Below, one piece after another: positions 8,792 through 17,586 of a stretch of 64,000 bases of DNA (its first letter is position 1; each line of letters starts with the position of its first letter). A model generated the notes under the pieces. The model was not told the origin of the DNA, did no database searches, and saw nothing but the letters and a program-made list of their open reading frames with translations. The translations under genes were made by a program, and so were the position numbers. The stretch is taken from positions 11,761 to 75,760 of the forward strand of contig CATQHX010000002.1 of NCBI GenBank assembly GCA_958296065.1, written 5' to 3'. The DNA comes from Vicinamibacterales bacterium. Lineage in GTDB: Bacteria; Acidobacteriota; Vicinamibacteria; Vicinamibacterales; UBA8438.

Positions 8792-9436
8792 ATGGCTGGG
8801 CGAAAGAGATCACGAGTGTCGAACGCGCCGGTTCGCGAGCGGGAACCGGCAAGTGGCGGGCCTCCCTGGATCCTCATCGGCGGGCTCGTCGTGGTGGTGG
8901 GCCTGGCCGGTCTGGCGCTGCTTTCGTCAGGTGATGACACCTTGACGTCGGCAGAGTCCGAGGTCGCCTCGACAACGTCCGCGACGGACGAAGAGGACAC
9001 TCCACGTCCGGAGCGCCCCGCTCCCCCGCAGGCGGGGGAGCCAACTCCCATCCCGCCAGCCGACGTAGCGCTTCCGCCCCTGCCGCTGGTGCAGAATCTG
9101 GTGCCTCGTTCGCCCCAGGTCATCCGGGACGCGTACATCTTCGCTGCTCAGAATCCACACGTGCTGGAGTACGTGCCTTGCTTCTGTGGTTGCGAAACCC
9201 GCGGCCACAAGCGAAACGCGGATTGCTTCGTGCAGTCGCGCAACCCGGATGGCAGTGTTCGTGAGTGGGACACCCACGGGATGGCATGTCTCGTCTGCAT
9301 CGACGTAGCGCGTGACGCCATGCAGATGCGGGCGTCGGGAGCGCGCGTCGACGACATTCGGAACGCCGTCGAGTCCAAGTACGCCGCCTATGAGCGGCAG
9401 ACCCCGACTCCGCATCCTCCGGCCCCGGCGAACTAG
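8792..9436 (+). CDS. Membrane-anchored PCYCGC-motif protein
   Basis: TM anchor WILIGGLVVVVGLAGLALL, Pro/acidic linker, then EYVPCFCGCETRGHKRNADCF matching the PCYCGC-motif family. Confidence 0.7.
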   Translation: MAGRKRSRVSNAPVREREPASGGPPWILIGGLVVVVGLAGLALLSSGDDTLTSAESEVASTTSATDEEDTPRPERPAPPQAGEPTPIPPADVALPPLPLVQNLVPRSPQVIRDAYIFAAQNPHVLEYVPCFCGCETRGHKRNADCFVQSRNPDGSVREWDTHGMACLVCIDVARDAMQMRASGARVDDIRNAVESKYAAYERQTPTPHPPAPAN

Positions 9437-9507
9437 GGAATCGGCACCCGGAAAACGGGCAGACTCGATTTCCCTCGCTGGAAGCGGTCAGCGGCGGCGG
9501 AGCGGGC

Positions 9508-9513
9508 TATAAT
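9508..9513 (+). promoter_or_regulatory. Perfect -10 TATAAT, 5 nt upstream of the histidine kinase GTG
   Basis: Hexamer read directly. The -35 is weak (CGGTCA). Confidence 0.35.
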
Positions 9514-9518
9514 CGGCG

Positions 9519-11084
9519 GTGTCGCCCAGCACCGCACGACACACGCCTTCTACCCCTCTGCACGCCGCGCTCGCAGAACTGTTCGAGACGGCCCACGAGG
9601 GCATCTATCTCGGCTTGCTGCCGCGTCGCGGCGAGGGAGTGACTCTCGGCGCCAACCCCCACCTGAAGCTGATGTTCGGCTTCCCCCCGGAAGTCGATTC
9701 TCGCCAGGTTCGCCCCTTTGACGACGAACGGTTCCTCCATTCCGAGGCGCGACGCGGTTTCATCGAGCGACTTCGGCGCGACGGTAGCGTAACGGACTAT
9801 CTTCTCCGGTTGCGACGGTCCGACGACAAGCCGATTTGGGTCGAGGTCACCGCACACCTAGCCACGGGCGGTACCGGACCCGCACGTATCGATGCCCTGC
9901 TCCGCGACGTAACAGAGCGGCGCCGAATGGCCGATCACGGCCGCGACGTGTATCACGAGCTGATGCAGAGCGAGAAACTGGCGGCACTCGGCCAAACCAT
10001 ATCGGGGGTCGCGCACGAGTTGAACAACCCCCTGGCAACGATTCTGACCTGGTCGGAGCGGCTTGCCGGGCGCTCGCTGGACGCTCTGACGAAACGAGGG
10101 GTGGGCATCGTCCTGAGCGAGGCCGAGCGGGCCGCGAAAATCGTCCGCAATCTGTTGACGTTCGCGCGCAAGCACCATACGACACGGGGGATGGTCGACC
10201 TGAATCAGGTAGTCCGGGAGACCCTCTTGCTCCGTACCTACGATCAGCGGGTCTCGAATATCACGACGATAGATGCACTCGCCACCGGCCTTCCCCAGGT
10301 GTTCGCCGACGCCCACCAGCTCAAGCAGGTGCTGTTGAATCTGCTGATCAACGCGGAACAGGCCATGTCATCGGCCAGCGGCCGGGGCATGCTCATCGTT
10401 CGAACATGGCACGAGGCCACGGACGATCGCGTGGTGCTGGAGATCAACGACGACGGGCCCGGAATCCCGGACGATGTGCAGCCGAGGATCTTCGATCCGT
10501 TCTTCACTACGAAGTCAGCCGGCACGGGAACCGGACTCGGACTGACGGTTGCCAGCAGGATTGTCGAGGATCATGGCGGGGAGCTGGAGATGGAGTCGAC
10601 GCCCGGACATGGCGCGTCGTTCCTCGTAAGGCTGCCGACCGGCACCGGCCGGCCTCGACCCAAGCCGGCATCCGTTCCTCAGGCGCCGCCGGTGACGGAG
10701 CAGGGGTCCGCGGTACTCGTGGTCGAGGAAGAGCCCGCGCTGGCGGAAGCGGTCGGTGACGCGCTGGCGGACGCGGGTTTTGTGGTCGACCGCGTCGCCG
10801 ACGGCCAAGCCGCGCTCGACCGCGTCGGCCGCCAGCGGTTCGACCTCGTGATCTGCGATCTGAAAATGGCGCGCCTCGATGGACAGGCTTTCTACCGTGC
10901 CGTCGCCAGCAAGGCCCCGGGACTGAGCCGCCGGATCGTCTTCGTAACGGGCGATGTCGTTGCCGCCGACACCGAGGCCTTCCTCGAGGACAGCGGCTGT
11001 CGGTGGCTCCGGAAGCCCTATCGGCTGGCCGACCTCCTGCGCGTGGCGCGCGAAATCAGCACTGGGCGGCTCGCTGCCTCATGA
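9519..11084 (+). CDS. Hybrid sensor histidine kinase (PAS - HisKA - HATPase_c - receiver)
   Basis: H-box HELNNPLATI, N/G boxes LLINAEQA, NDDGPGIP and GTGLGLTV. C-terminal receiver VLVVEEEP...DLVICDLKMARLDG...VFVTGD. Confidence 0.88.
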   Translation: MSPSTARHTPSTPLHAALAELFETAHEGIYLGLLPRRGEGVTLGANPHLKLMFGFPPEVDSRQVRPFDDERFLHSEARRGFIERLRRDGSVTDYLLRLRRSDDKPIWVEVTAHLATGGTGPARIDALLRDVTERRRMADHGRDVYHELMQSEKLAALGQTISGVAHELNNPLATILTWSERLAGRSLDALTKRGVGIVLSEAERAAKIVRNLLTFARKHHTTRGMVDLNQVVRETLLLRTYDQRVSNITTIDALATGLPQVFADAHQLKQVLLNLLINAEQAMSSASGRGMLIVRTWHEATDDRVVLEINDDGPGIPDDVQPRIFDPFFTTKSAGTGTGLGLTVASRIVEDHGGELEMESTPGHGASFLVRLPTGTGRPRPKPASVPQAPPVTEQGSAVLVVEEEPALAEAVGDALADAGFVVDRVADGQAALDRVGRQRFDLVICDLKMARLDGQAFYRAVASKAPGLSRRIVFVTGDVVAADTEAFLEDSGCRWLRKPYRLADLLRVAREISTGRLAAS

Positions 11085-11916
11085 CCGGAGCGCGCCTGGC
11101 AACCGTTGCCGACAAGTCCGCCTTCGCCATCTTCAACTTCGGTCGCGCGCGCTGCAACGCCTCGTTACCCGTCGCGGCAAGTGTCGCCCGCAACTGCTCG
11201 GGCGCAAGGTCCGGCGCGAGATGTTCGCGCAATCGCCGGATTGCGCGTGCGTGAAGCTGTGAGACGCGCGATTCGTTAACACCGATCTCCGTGCCGATCT
11301 GCTTCATCGTGGCCTCCCCATAGTAGTAGAGACCGATGATCTTGCGCTCACGGCCGGGCAGTGCGGCGATGGCCGCTCGAATGCGGTCGTTTACCTCGGT
11401 CTCCTCACAGACCTTGTCCGGGGTCGGGGATTCGGATGGGGACAGTACCGGTGGGAGATCCGCATTCTCGATCGTGTCGGCCGTTGCCAGGGGCGAGGTC
11501 GACTCGATGACGTGAATGCGGTTGATGGTACGTCCCAGTGACGCTTCGTCGGTCCCGATGTGGTTTGCGAGGTCGGATAGTGACGGCTCACCGCCGAGCT
11601 CCTTGCGCAGCTTCTCCCGCGCCGACTCGAGCTCCCGTCGTGCGCGCCGGATACCCCGCGGCCAGGCGCCGCGGCGCAAGGCGTCGATCATCGCGCCGCG
11701 CACCCGCCGCTCGGCGAACGTCTCGAACTTGATGCCGCGCGCCTCGTCGAACCTCTCCACCGCATCGATCAGGCCAAGCATCCCGTCCTGGACCAGATCG
11801 CCGAGATCGACTGAATGCGGCATCGACGCGGCCAGACGCCGGGCCATCGCACCGACGAACGGCACACCGGCCTCGATGCGTTCCTGCTGTGCCTTGGTAC
11901 GTGTATGGTTCTGCAT
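11056..11916 (-). CDS. Sigma-70 family sigma factor, FliA/WhiG (sigma-28) type, with ~55-aa C-terminal extension
   Basis: Start set at MQNHTRTK (ATG 11916). Region 2 DLVQDGMLGLIDAVERFDEARGIKFETFAERRVRGAMIDALRR; region 4 EATMKQIGTEIGVNESRVSQLHARAIRRL. The rest of the 718-aa track ORF is antisense to the activator gene. Confidence 0.85.
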   Translation of the reverse strand: MQNHTRTKAQQERIEAGVPFVGAMARRLAASMPHSVDLGDLVQDGMLGLIDAVERFDEARGIKFETFAERRVRGAMIDALRRGAWPRGIRRARRELESAREKLRKELGGEPSLSDLANHIGTDEASLGRTINRIHVIESTSPLATADTIENADLPPVLSPSESPTPDKVCEETEVNDRIRAAIAALPGRERKIIGLYYYGEATMKQIGTEIGVNESRVSQLHARAIRRLREHLAPDLAPEQLRATLAATGNEALQRARPKLKMAKADLSATVARRAPVMRQRAAQC

Positions 11917-12087
11917 GCCTCTACACAGTGGCAATGACCGTGCCAACACGAAGGAGCAGGTACGCACCCCTGGCCTTCCCGCCGAATAAACCCCGTAAAC
12001 ATCTAGAAACACAATGGTTAGGAGTGGTTCTGGGCCGCCATGACGGACTCCGGACGGTGGTCGCAAAGCAGCTCGACCGTCATCGGT

Positions 12088-12114
12088 TTGACAGTCTCTG
12101 GCCCGGACTGTCAA
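12088..12114. promoter_or_regulatory. Perfect inverted repeat TTGACAGTC-N9-GACTGTCAA (candidate operator/UAS)
   Basis: 9-bp arms at 12088-12096 and 12106-12114, with a third TTGACA at 12119-12124. Lies in the divergent sigma / activator intergenic region. Confidence 0.4.
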
Positions 12115-12150
12115 TACTTTGACAATCGGACGAACAACACGGCCGCCTCG

Positions 12151-12186
12151 GCACTGCGCTTCGCTGCGTCCTGCGGCGCAAGCTCC
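12151..12186 (+). repeat. REP-like half-element (second-hairpin half only)
   Basis: GCACTGCGCTTCGCTGCGTCCTGCGGCGCAAGCTCC matches the right half of copies 1/3 and the reverse complement of copy 4. Confidence 0.5.
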
Positions 12187-12273
12187 AAGCCCGCGCTTCC
12201 GACATTCAGAGGCTTGACCCCTGCCCGCGCGGAGCGTCAAAATACCGACACTTCCCCTGCGAGTGCTGCCACC

Positions 12274-13656
12274 GTGACGGAACCAGATCGGCACCTGCTC
12301 CTCGTCGAGGACGAGACGCCGCTGCGCGAGGCGACCGCCGAGCGCCTCGTCGAGCATGGCTATCGCGTGACGGAGGCGGAGAGCGGCGAGGCGGCGCGCG
12401 ACCTGTTGGCCGACTTCGCCTTCGACGTCGTAATTACCGATCTGCGACTGCCCGGCATCGACGGCGCCGAGGTGGTCGAGCTCGCGCTCGGACGTTATCC
12501 CGAGATCGTCGCGGTGGTCGTCACCGGCTACGGAACGGTGCAGGACGCGGTCGCCGCCATCAAGCGTGGCGCGACCGACTTCGTGATGAAGCCGTTTCCC
12601 TTCGACCACCTGCTGCACATCCTGTCGACCGCGCTGGAGCAGCGACGGCTGAAGTCCGAGAACGAGTACCTCCGCCTGCAGCTCCAGGAGCGCTATCGGT
12701 TCGAGGGCATCGTGGGGCGCAGTCAATCGATGCGTGATCTCTTCCAGCTCCTCGAGACCGTCGCGGGAACGACGAGCACGATTCTCATCACCGGCGAGAC
12801 CGGCACCGGAAAGGAGCTCGTGGCCCGCGCGATTCACCACAACAGTCCGCGCCGCCACCAGCGGTTCGTCGCCATAAACTGCGGCGCCATTCCCGATGCA
12901 TTGCTCGAGGCGGAGCTCTTCGGTCACGTGCGCGGCGCGTTCACCGGTGCATTCAACAGCCGGCCTGGACGCCTGGAGCAGGCCCACCGCGGCACTCTCT
13001 TCCTCGACGAGATCGGCACGATGAGCACGAGCCTGCAAGCCAAGCTGCTGCGCGCCCTGCAGGAACGCGAGTTCGAGCGCGTCGGCGGCAACGAGACCCT
13101 GCGGGTCGATGTCCGGGTGATCACCGCAACCAATGCGGATCTGTTGCAGCGCGTCGAGGACGGGCACTTCCGGGAGGACCTGTACTACCGGTTGAACGTC
13201 ATTCCGATCCACCTGCCGCCGCTACGCGATCGTCGTGAGGACATTCCGCTGCTCGTCCGCGACTTCGTCCAGCGGATCGGAACCGCGCAAACGCCCCCGC
13301 GCCGCGGTGTCGTCGTGTCGCAGAACGCGATGCGCCAGTTGATGGCGTACAGGTGGCCGGGCAACGTACGCCAACTCGAGAACGCCATCGAGCGGGCGTT
13401 GGCGCTCAGCCCGGGGCGATCGCAGATCGACACGACCGACCTGCCGAGCGAGGTTCAGCCGGCCGTGGAGAGCCCGCTGGACCCCGCCATCTCCCTCCCG
13501 GAAACCGGTCTGGACCTGCAGGAGCACCTGCAGCGCATCGAACGGAAGCTGATTGGCGCAGCGCTGGAGCGCACAGGGGGCAACAAGCAGCAGGCGGCGC
13601 AACTCCTGAACCTGAAGCGCACCACCCTGATCGAGAAGACGAAGCGCTGGCTGTGA
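12274..13656 (+). CDS. Sigma-54-dependent response regulator (NtrC family: receiver - AAA+ - Fis-type HTH)
   Basis: Receiver LLLVEDE...DVVITDLRLPGIDG. AAA+ motifs GETGTGKELVARAIH and ELFGHVRGAFTGA (GAFTGA loop). C-terminal HTH GNKQQAAQLLNLKRTTL. Start set at in-frame GTG 12274 because the upstream ORF part covers the palindrome and the REP fragment; 12040 is the maximal ORF. Confidence 0.9.
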   Translation: MTEPDRHLLLVEDETPLREATAERLVEHGYRVTEAESGEAARDLLADFAFDVVITDLRLPGIDGAEVVELALGRYPEIVAVVVTGYGTVQDAVAAIKRGATDFVMKPFPFDHLLHILSTALEQRRLKSENEYLRLQLQERYRFEGIVGRSQSMRDLFQLLETVAGTTSTILITGETGTGKELVARAIHHNSPRRHQRFVAINCGAIPDALLEAELFGHVRGAFTGAFNSRPGRLEQAHRGTLFLDEIGTMSTSLQAKLLRALQEREFERVGGNETLRVDVRVITATNADLLQRVEDGHFREDLYYRLNVIPIHLPPLRDRREDIPLLVRDFVQRIGTAQTPPRRGVVVSQNAMRQLMAYRWPGNVRQLENAIERALALSPGRSQIDTTDLPSEVQPAVESPLDPAISLPETGLDLQEHLQRIERKLIGAALERTGGNKQQAAQLLNLKRTTLIEKTKRWL

Positions 13657-13800
13657 AACGGAGGCGACGCGGGACCGGAGCGGGGAGGTCGTCCCCGCCC
13701 CGTCGATAACGCCGTCCGCCGGGAGTCTGCGCCGCGTAGAAGCGTTGCAGATCCCCGGAGACTGGTGGGCGGCAACCGGAGCCGCACGCGACGATTCGGG

Positions 13801-15054
13801 CTACGCGAAGACGCCGAGCGGGTCGAATGCCCCCTTCAGCACCGTCGGGGAACCATCGAACTTCAACCACTCCTCGATCATCGTGGCGTACACACGCCGG
13901 AAGTCGGTGGTCTTGATCAAGTTGCCGTCGTCGAGCTCGGTCAAGCTCGGGTGCTTGCCGTAGAGCCCGCCCTTGACGTGGTTCCCAACAACGAACATCG
14001 GCGTCGCCGTGCCGTGGTCCGTTCCAAGGCTGCCGTTCTCCTCGACGCGGCGCCCGAACTCGGTGAACATCACGATCGCGATGTCGTCGGCGCGGCCAAT
14101 CCGCTTGAGGTCCTGCGTGAAACCGCGCACGGCGTCGGCCGTGTAAGCCAGCAGCCGCGCGTGCGGGTCCGCCTGGTGCACGTGCGTGTCGAACGAGTTC
14201 CCCTGGTACGACACATAGTAGATGCGTGTCGGCATCTCGGCATGGATCAACGCTGCCACCTGGCGCAACTGCCCCGACAAGCCGCCGATACCGTAGTCCA
14301 CCGGCGTCCGGTACGCAGCCGCGGCCTGGCGCACGAATTCGGAACTCTCCGCCGCATTCTGCGCCGTGGCGGCCAGGAACTCGAGGGTCGCATTGCCGCC
14401 CGCGCCGTCGGAGTTCATGTTCGCCAGCGCAGTCTTCTCGCTCTCCGTTCCTTCGCGGCGGAAGGTGCGCGGATCGTTGAACACGAGAGGCGAGTGGTGG
14501 CGGCTGCGGACCGCCAGCGACTGCCGGGTCCCAATGTTGACGATGCGGTTGCCCTGCGCATCGTGGTCGTAGGCGCCATCCGCCAGCCGCCCGAGCCAGC
14601 CGAGCGTCTCGCCGCCGTTCGGCACGCCGGTGTGCCAGTAGCCCATGGAGGAGAAGTGCGACAGGCTGGGGTTGTCGTAGCCGCAGCCATGCACTACCGC
14701 CATCTCGCCATCCTTGTAGAGGCGCTCGAAACCGACCAGCGACGGGTGGAATCCGTAGCCGTCCTCGATCGCGATCACCTCGGATCCGGGAATACCGATG
14801 GTGGGCCGTGCGCGGTAGTACGCGTCGTCACCATAGGGCACCACCGTATTCAGGCCGTCGTTGCCGCCGGAGAGCTCCACCACGACGAGGATGCGCTCCG
14901 GGCTCGTTTCCATGCTCGTCCCTTCGAGCGCCTGCGCCGCCAGCGCGGCCGAGGTCCGGTTGAGCAGCGTCGGCAGCGTCGCCCCTACACCCAAGCCGTA
15001 CATGCCCTTGATCAGGAAATCACGCCGCGAACATCCGCACTTGAATCGAGCCAT
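13801..15054 (-). CDS. DUF1501 domain protein with twin-arginine signal
   Basis: Start at MARFKCGCSRRDFLIKG (Tat-like SRRxFLK). ILVVVELSGGNDGLNTVVPYGDDAYYRARP and HGCGYDNPSLSHF match the DUF1501 pattern as I recall it. Confidence 0.88.
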   Translation of the reverse strand: MARFKCGCSRRDFLIKGMYGLGVGATLPTLLNRTSAALAAQALEGTSMETSPERILVVVELSGGNDGLNTVVPYGDDAYYRARPTIGIPGSEVIAIEDGYGFHPSLVGFERLYKDGEMAVVHGCGYDNPSLSHFSSMGYWHTGVPNGGETLGWLGRLADGAYDHDAQGNRIVNIGTRQSLAVRSRHHSPLVFNDPRTFRREGTESEKTALANMNSDGAGGNATLEFLAATAQNAAESSEFVRQAAAAYRTPVDYGIGGLSGQLRQVAALIHAEMPTRIYYVSYQGNSFDTHVHQADPHARLLAYTADAVRGFTQDLKRIGRADDIAIVMFTEFGRRVEENGSLGTDHGTATPMFVVGNHVKGGLYGKHPSLTELDDGNLIKTTDFRRVYATMIEEWLKFDGSPTVLKGAFDPLGVFA

Positions 15055-15122
15055 CGTTGTTCCCCCAAACTCTCGCGGCCCCCACGGCAGCCGCCCGCGT
15101 GTCCCTTCGACCTCGCTGATGC

Positions 15123-16925
15123 TCAGGCCAGTTGATACTCCGGCGTGCTCAGAATCAGGTACAGGAGCGCTCGCAATGCCGCCTCGGTCTGCGGCGTATC
15201 CGATTCGACACGATCGCTGCCGAGCTCGTCGCGCAGAAAGTCGACCATCTCGGCCCGGTCGGCACCGCTCAGCTCGACGCGCAGGAAGCGCCGGATCAGG
15301 TGATCGACGACGTCGCCGACCTCCACTGCGCCCGCGTCCGAGAGAAGCCGCACCAAGTCCAGATCCGCCACCCGGCGCGGGATCGGATGCAGCCTCTCGA
15401 ACGCCATCACGTAGCCCATGTAGCCGCCGTAGCGTGTGTTGTAGTCCTCGTCGCGGTCGACGAGCTGACTCGACTCGGCGTCGCCTTCCTGCGTGGCCGC
15501 GGTGATGTTCATGCCTTGCGCGAGGCGCCGCTCGACCTGCCGGTAGATGCCGGGAACGACACGATCGGGCGCCCAGAAGCCGTCTGTATCGGGATACAGG
15601 ACGTCGCGGAAGAGGTTGCCCCGCTGCAGCAGCGTCGCTGGGGTGACCCAGGTGCGGCCGCCCGCCCACCCGGCCACGTTCGGAGGATTGAACAGCGTCT
15701 GCCCCAGTCCGGCGACCAGCCGGTTGAAGTCCGGGATGGTCGGCAGCTCCGTCAGTCCCAGCTTGCGGTAGGTCGAAACCACAAGGTGCACCGGACTCTT
15801 GATCTGCGTGGCGTACGACGCCCCGCTGTAGAAGTCGCGCGAGAGGAAGATCCTGGTCAACAGCGGCTTCAAGACGTAGTCGGCGTCGCGCAACGTGGCC
15901 GCCAACTCCCCGTGGACCGCTTCGTCGAGCCCCTCGCGGACGAAGTAGCGGTAGAGCTTTCCGCTCATGAAACGGGCCGCCGCGGGCTGCTCCAGGATGA
16001 TCCGGATGATGTCGCCGCCATCGAACGGACCGGTCTGCCCCAGAAAAGTCTTCTCGCCGAAGTCGTGCTGTTCAGCGTCGAACTTGAACTCCAGGGCGTC
16101 GTTCGTCCAGCCCGTAAACGCGCGCGCGCCCTCGCGAATGTCGCGCTCGGTGTAGTTGCCGACGCCGAGGCTGAAGAGCTCCAGCAGCTCGCGGCCGAAG
16201 TTCTCGTTGGGGTGATCCTTGACGTTCTCGCCGTTGTCCAGGTAGACGAGCATCGCCGGGTCCCTCAGGATCCCCATCAGCAGATCCTCGAAGTTGCCGT
16301 TGGCGTTGGCTCGCAGCAGCTCGTTCTGGCGCAGCATCATCCGCGTGTCGCGGACCTTGGTGTTGCCCGTCGCGAAGTGCCCATGCCAGAAGAGCGTCAG
16401 CTTCTCCTCGAGCGGGCGCTTCGTAGCGAACATCCGCTCGCCCCACCAGGTCGCGAGCCGCTGCGTCTCGATGGCGTTCGCGCGGAGTCCGTAGAAGAAC
16501 TTGTTGACCACCGGCTGCAGACGGCGCGATTCGCCCTCGGGGAGGACCTGCGCGCCCATCGCCTCGCCGCGTTCACGCCCGACGCGGACCGCCTCGGCCC
16601 GGCTCTTCGGGAATGGGTCCATGGCCGGATCCCAGATCGGGGAAGCATCGAACGGCGCCAGGTCGTCGGCATGCTGCTGGTAATCGACGAGCCAGTCGAC
16701 GGCCGCGGCCGGGGTCATCCCGGCCAGGTGCTGCACCTCCGCCGGCGTCCCGCCGAATCCGGCGCGCTCGAGCAAGTGCGCCGCCTTCTGGTAGTCCCAG
16801 TCCTCAGGCTCGATCGGCGCGAGGTCGTTCTGCCACGAGACCGGCCCGGTGCCCTGGCCGGCGGCCCCGCCGGGAACGGCGCCGACCGCCAGCAGGAGAA
16901 TCGCGAAGAGTAACTGTCGTGCCAC
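15123..16925 (-). CDS. DUF1800 domain protein (secreted)
   Basis: HPNENFGRELLELFSLGVGNYTERDIREGARAFTGW is the DUF1800 core motif. Start set at GTG 16925 (VARQLLFAILLLAVGAV signal-like); the maximal ORF extends to 17075. Confidence 0.85.
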   Translation of the reverse strand: MARQLLFAILLLAVGAVPGGAAGQGTGPVSWQNDLAPIEPEDWDYQKAAHLLERAGFGGTPAEVQHLAGMTPAAAVDWLVDYQQHADDLAPFDASPIWDPAMDPFPKSRAEAVRVGRERGEAMGAQVLPEGESRRLQPVVNKFFYGLRANAIETQRLATWWGERMFATKRPLEEKLTLFWHGHFATGNTKVRDTRMMLRQNELLRANANGNFEDLLMGILRDPAMLVYLDNGENVKDHPNENFGRELLELFSLGVGNYTERDIREGARAFTGWTNDALEFKFDAEQHDFGEKTFLGQTGPFDGGDIIRIILEQPAAARFMSGKLYRYFVREGLDEAVHGELAATLRDADYVLKPLLTRIFLSRDFYSGASYATQIKSPVHLVVSTYRKLGLTELPTIPDFNRLVAGLGQTLFNPPNVAGWAGGRTWVTPATLLQRGNLFRDVLYPDTDGFWAPDRVVPGIYRQVERRLAQGMNITAATQEGDAESSQLVDRDEDYNTRYGGYMGYVMAFERLHPIPRRVADLDLVRLLSDAGAVEVGDVVDHLIRRFLRVELSGADRAEMVDFLRDELGSDRVESDTPQTEAALRALLYLILSTPEYQLA

Positions 16926-16995
16926 GGTGATCCCCCCGTCTGCCAGGTCCGGAGATCCGGCACCCAGCCAACTACGTAGAGAGTCGCATGATACG

Positions 16996-17586
16996 TCACC
17001 GCCTACGCTTCGCCAACCCCAATCCGGCGCGGCGCCAGGGCACGACGTCCAGCGTGTGGTCGAGCATGCGGTCACCGTCGAAGATCCAGCGCCCGGTGAA
17101 GCGCCGCCCGCTGATGACCAGCGGCAGCCAGTAACGATCGTCCTCCCACATCCGGTCGAACGGGATTGCGTCGAGGTCGAACCAGAGCGGTTCTGCCTCG
17201 TCCGTCTCGACGGGGGTACCGGCCAGATCCGCCGCGCGATAGACGTAGACGAACGTCGAGTAGCCGTCGACGAACTGGAAGGCGTGGCGCCCGAGCTTCA
17301 CCAGGTCGAGAGGCGTGACACCGAGCTCCTCGCGCACCTCGCGGACGGCGCAGCCCTCGAAGGACTCGCCCGCTTCGAGTCGGCCGCCAGGGCCATTGAC
17401 CTTGCCCGCCCCGAGTCCCCGCTTCTTGTGGATGAGGAGGATGCGGCCGTCCTTGACCACGAAGACGAGGGTGGATGGATCGACGGCGCGCCAACAGGTC
17501 CAGTCGATTTCCCGCACGCGCCGAACCGCGGTCCTCTCGTCAGGCAAGCGCGTCCCCGACCAGCTCCAGGAAATGCGACGAGACAA
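16996..17586 (-). CDS. NUDIX hydrolase (MutT-like)
   Basis: Nudix box GGRLEAGESFEGCAVREVREELGV. The maximal ORF overlaps the dusB 3' end by 47 nt; an alternative GTG start at 17517 avoids the overlap. Confidence 0.8.
   Translation of the reverse strand: MSRRISWSWSGTRLPDERTAVRRVREIDWTCWRAVDPSTLVFVVKDGRILLIHKKRGLGAGKVNGPGGRLEAGESFEGCAVREVREELGVTPLDLVKLGRHAFQFVDGYSTFVYVYRAADLAGTPVETDEAEPLWFDLDAIPFDRMWEDDRYWLPLVISGRRFTGRWIFDGDRMLDHTLDVVPWRRAGLGLAKRRR

Noticed and set aside
11917-13212. Upstream 430 aa of the 718-aa minus-strand ORF
   Set aside because: Only the last 286 aa (from ATG 11916) look like a sigma factor. The upstream part is antisense to the NtrC-family gene and crosses the intergenic palindrome and the REP fragment.
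13765-16913. 456-aa and 593-aa plus-strand ORFs
   Set aside because: They are antisense to the DUF1501 and DUF1800 genes, which have clear family motifs and signal peptides.
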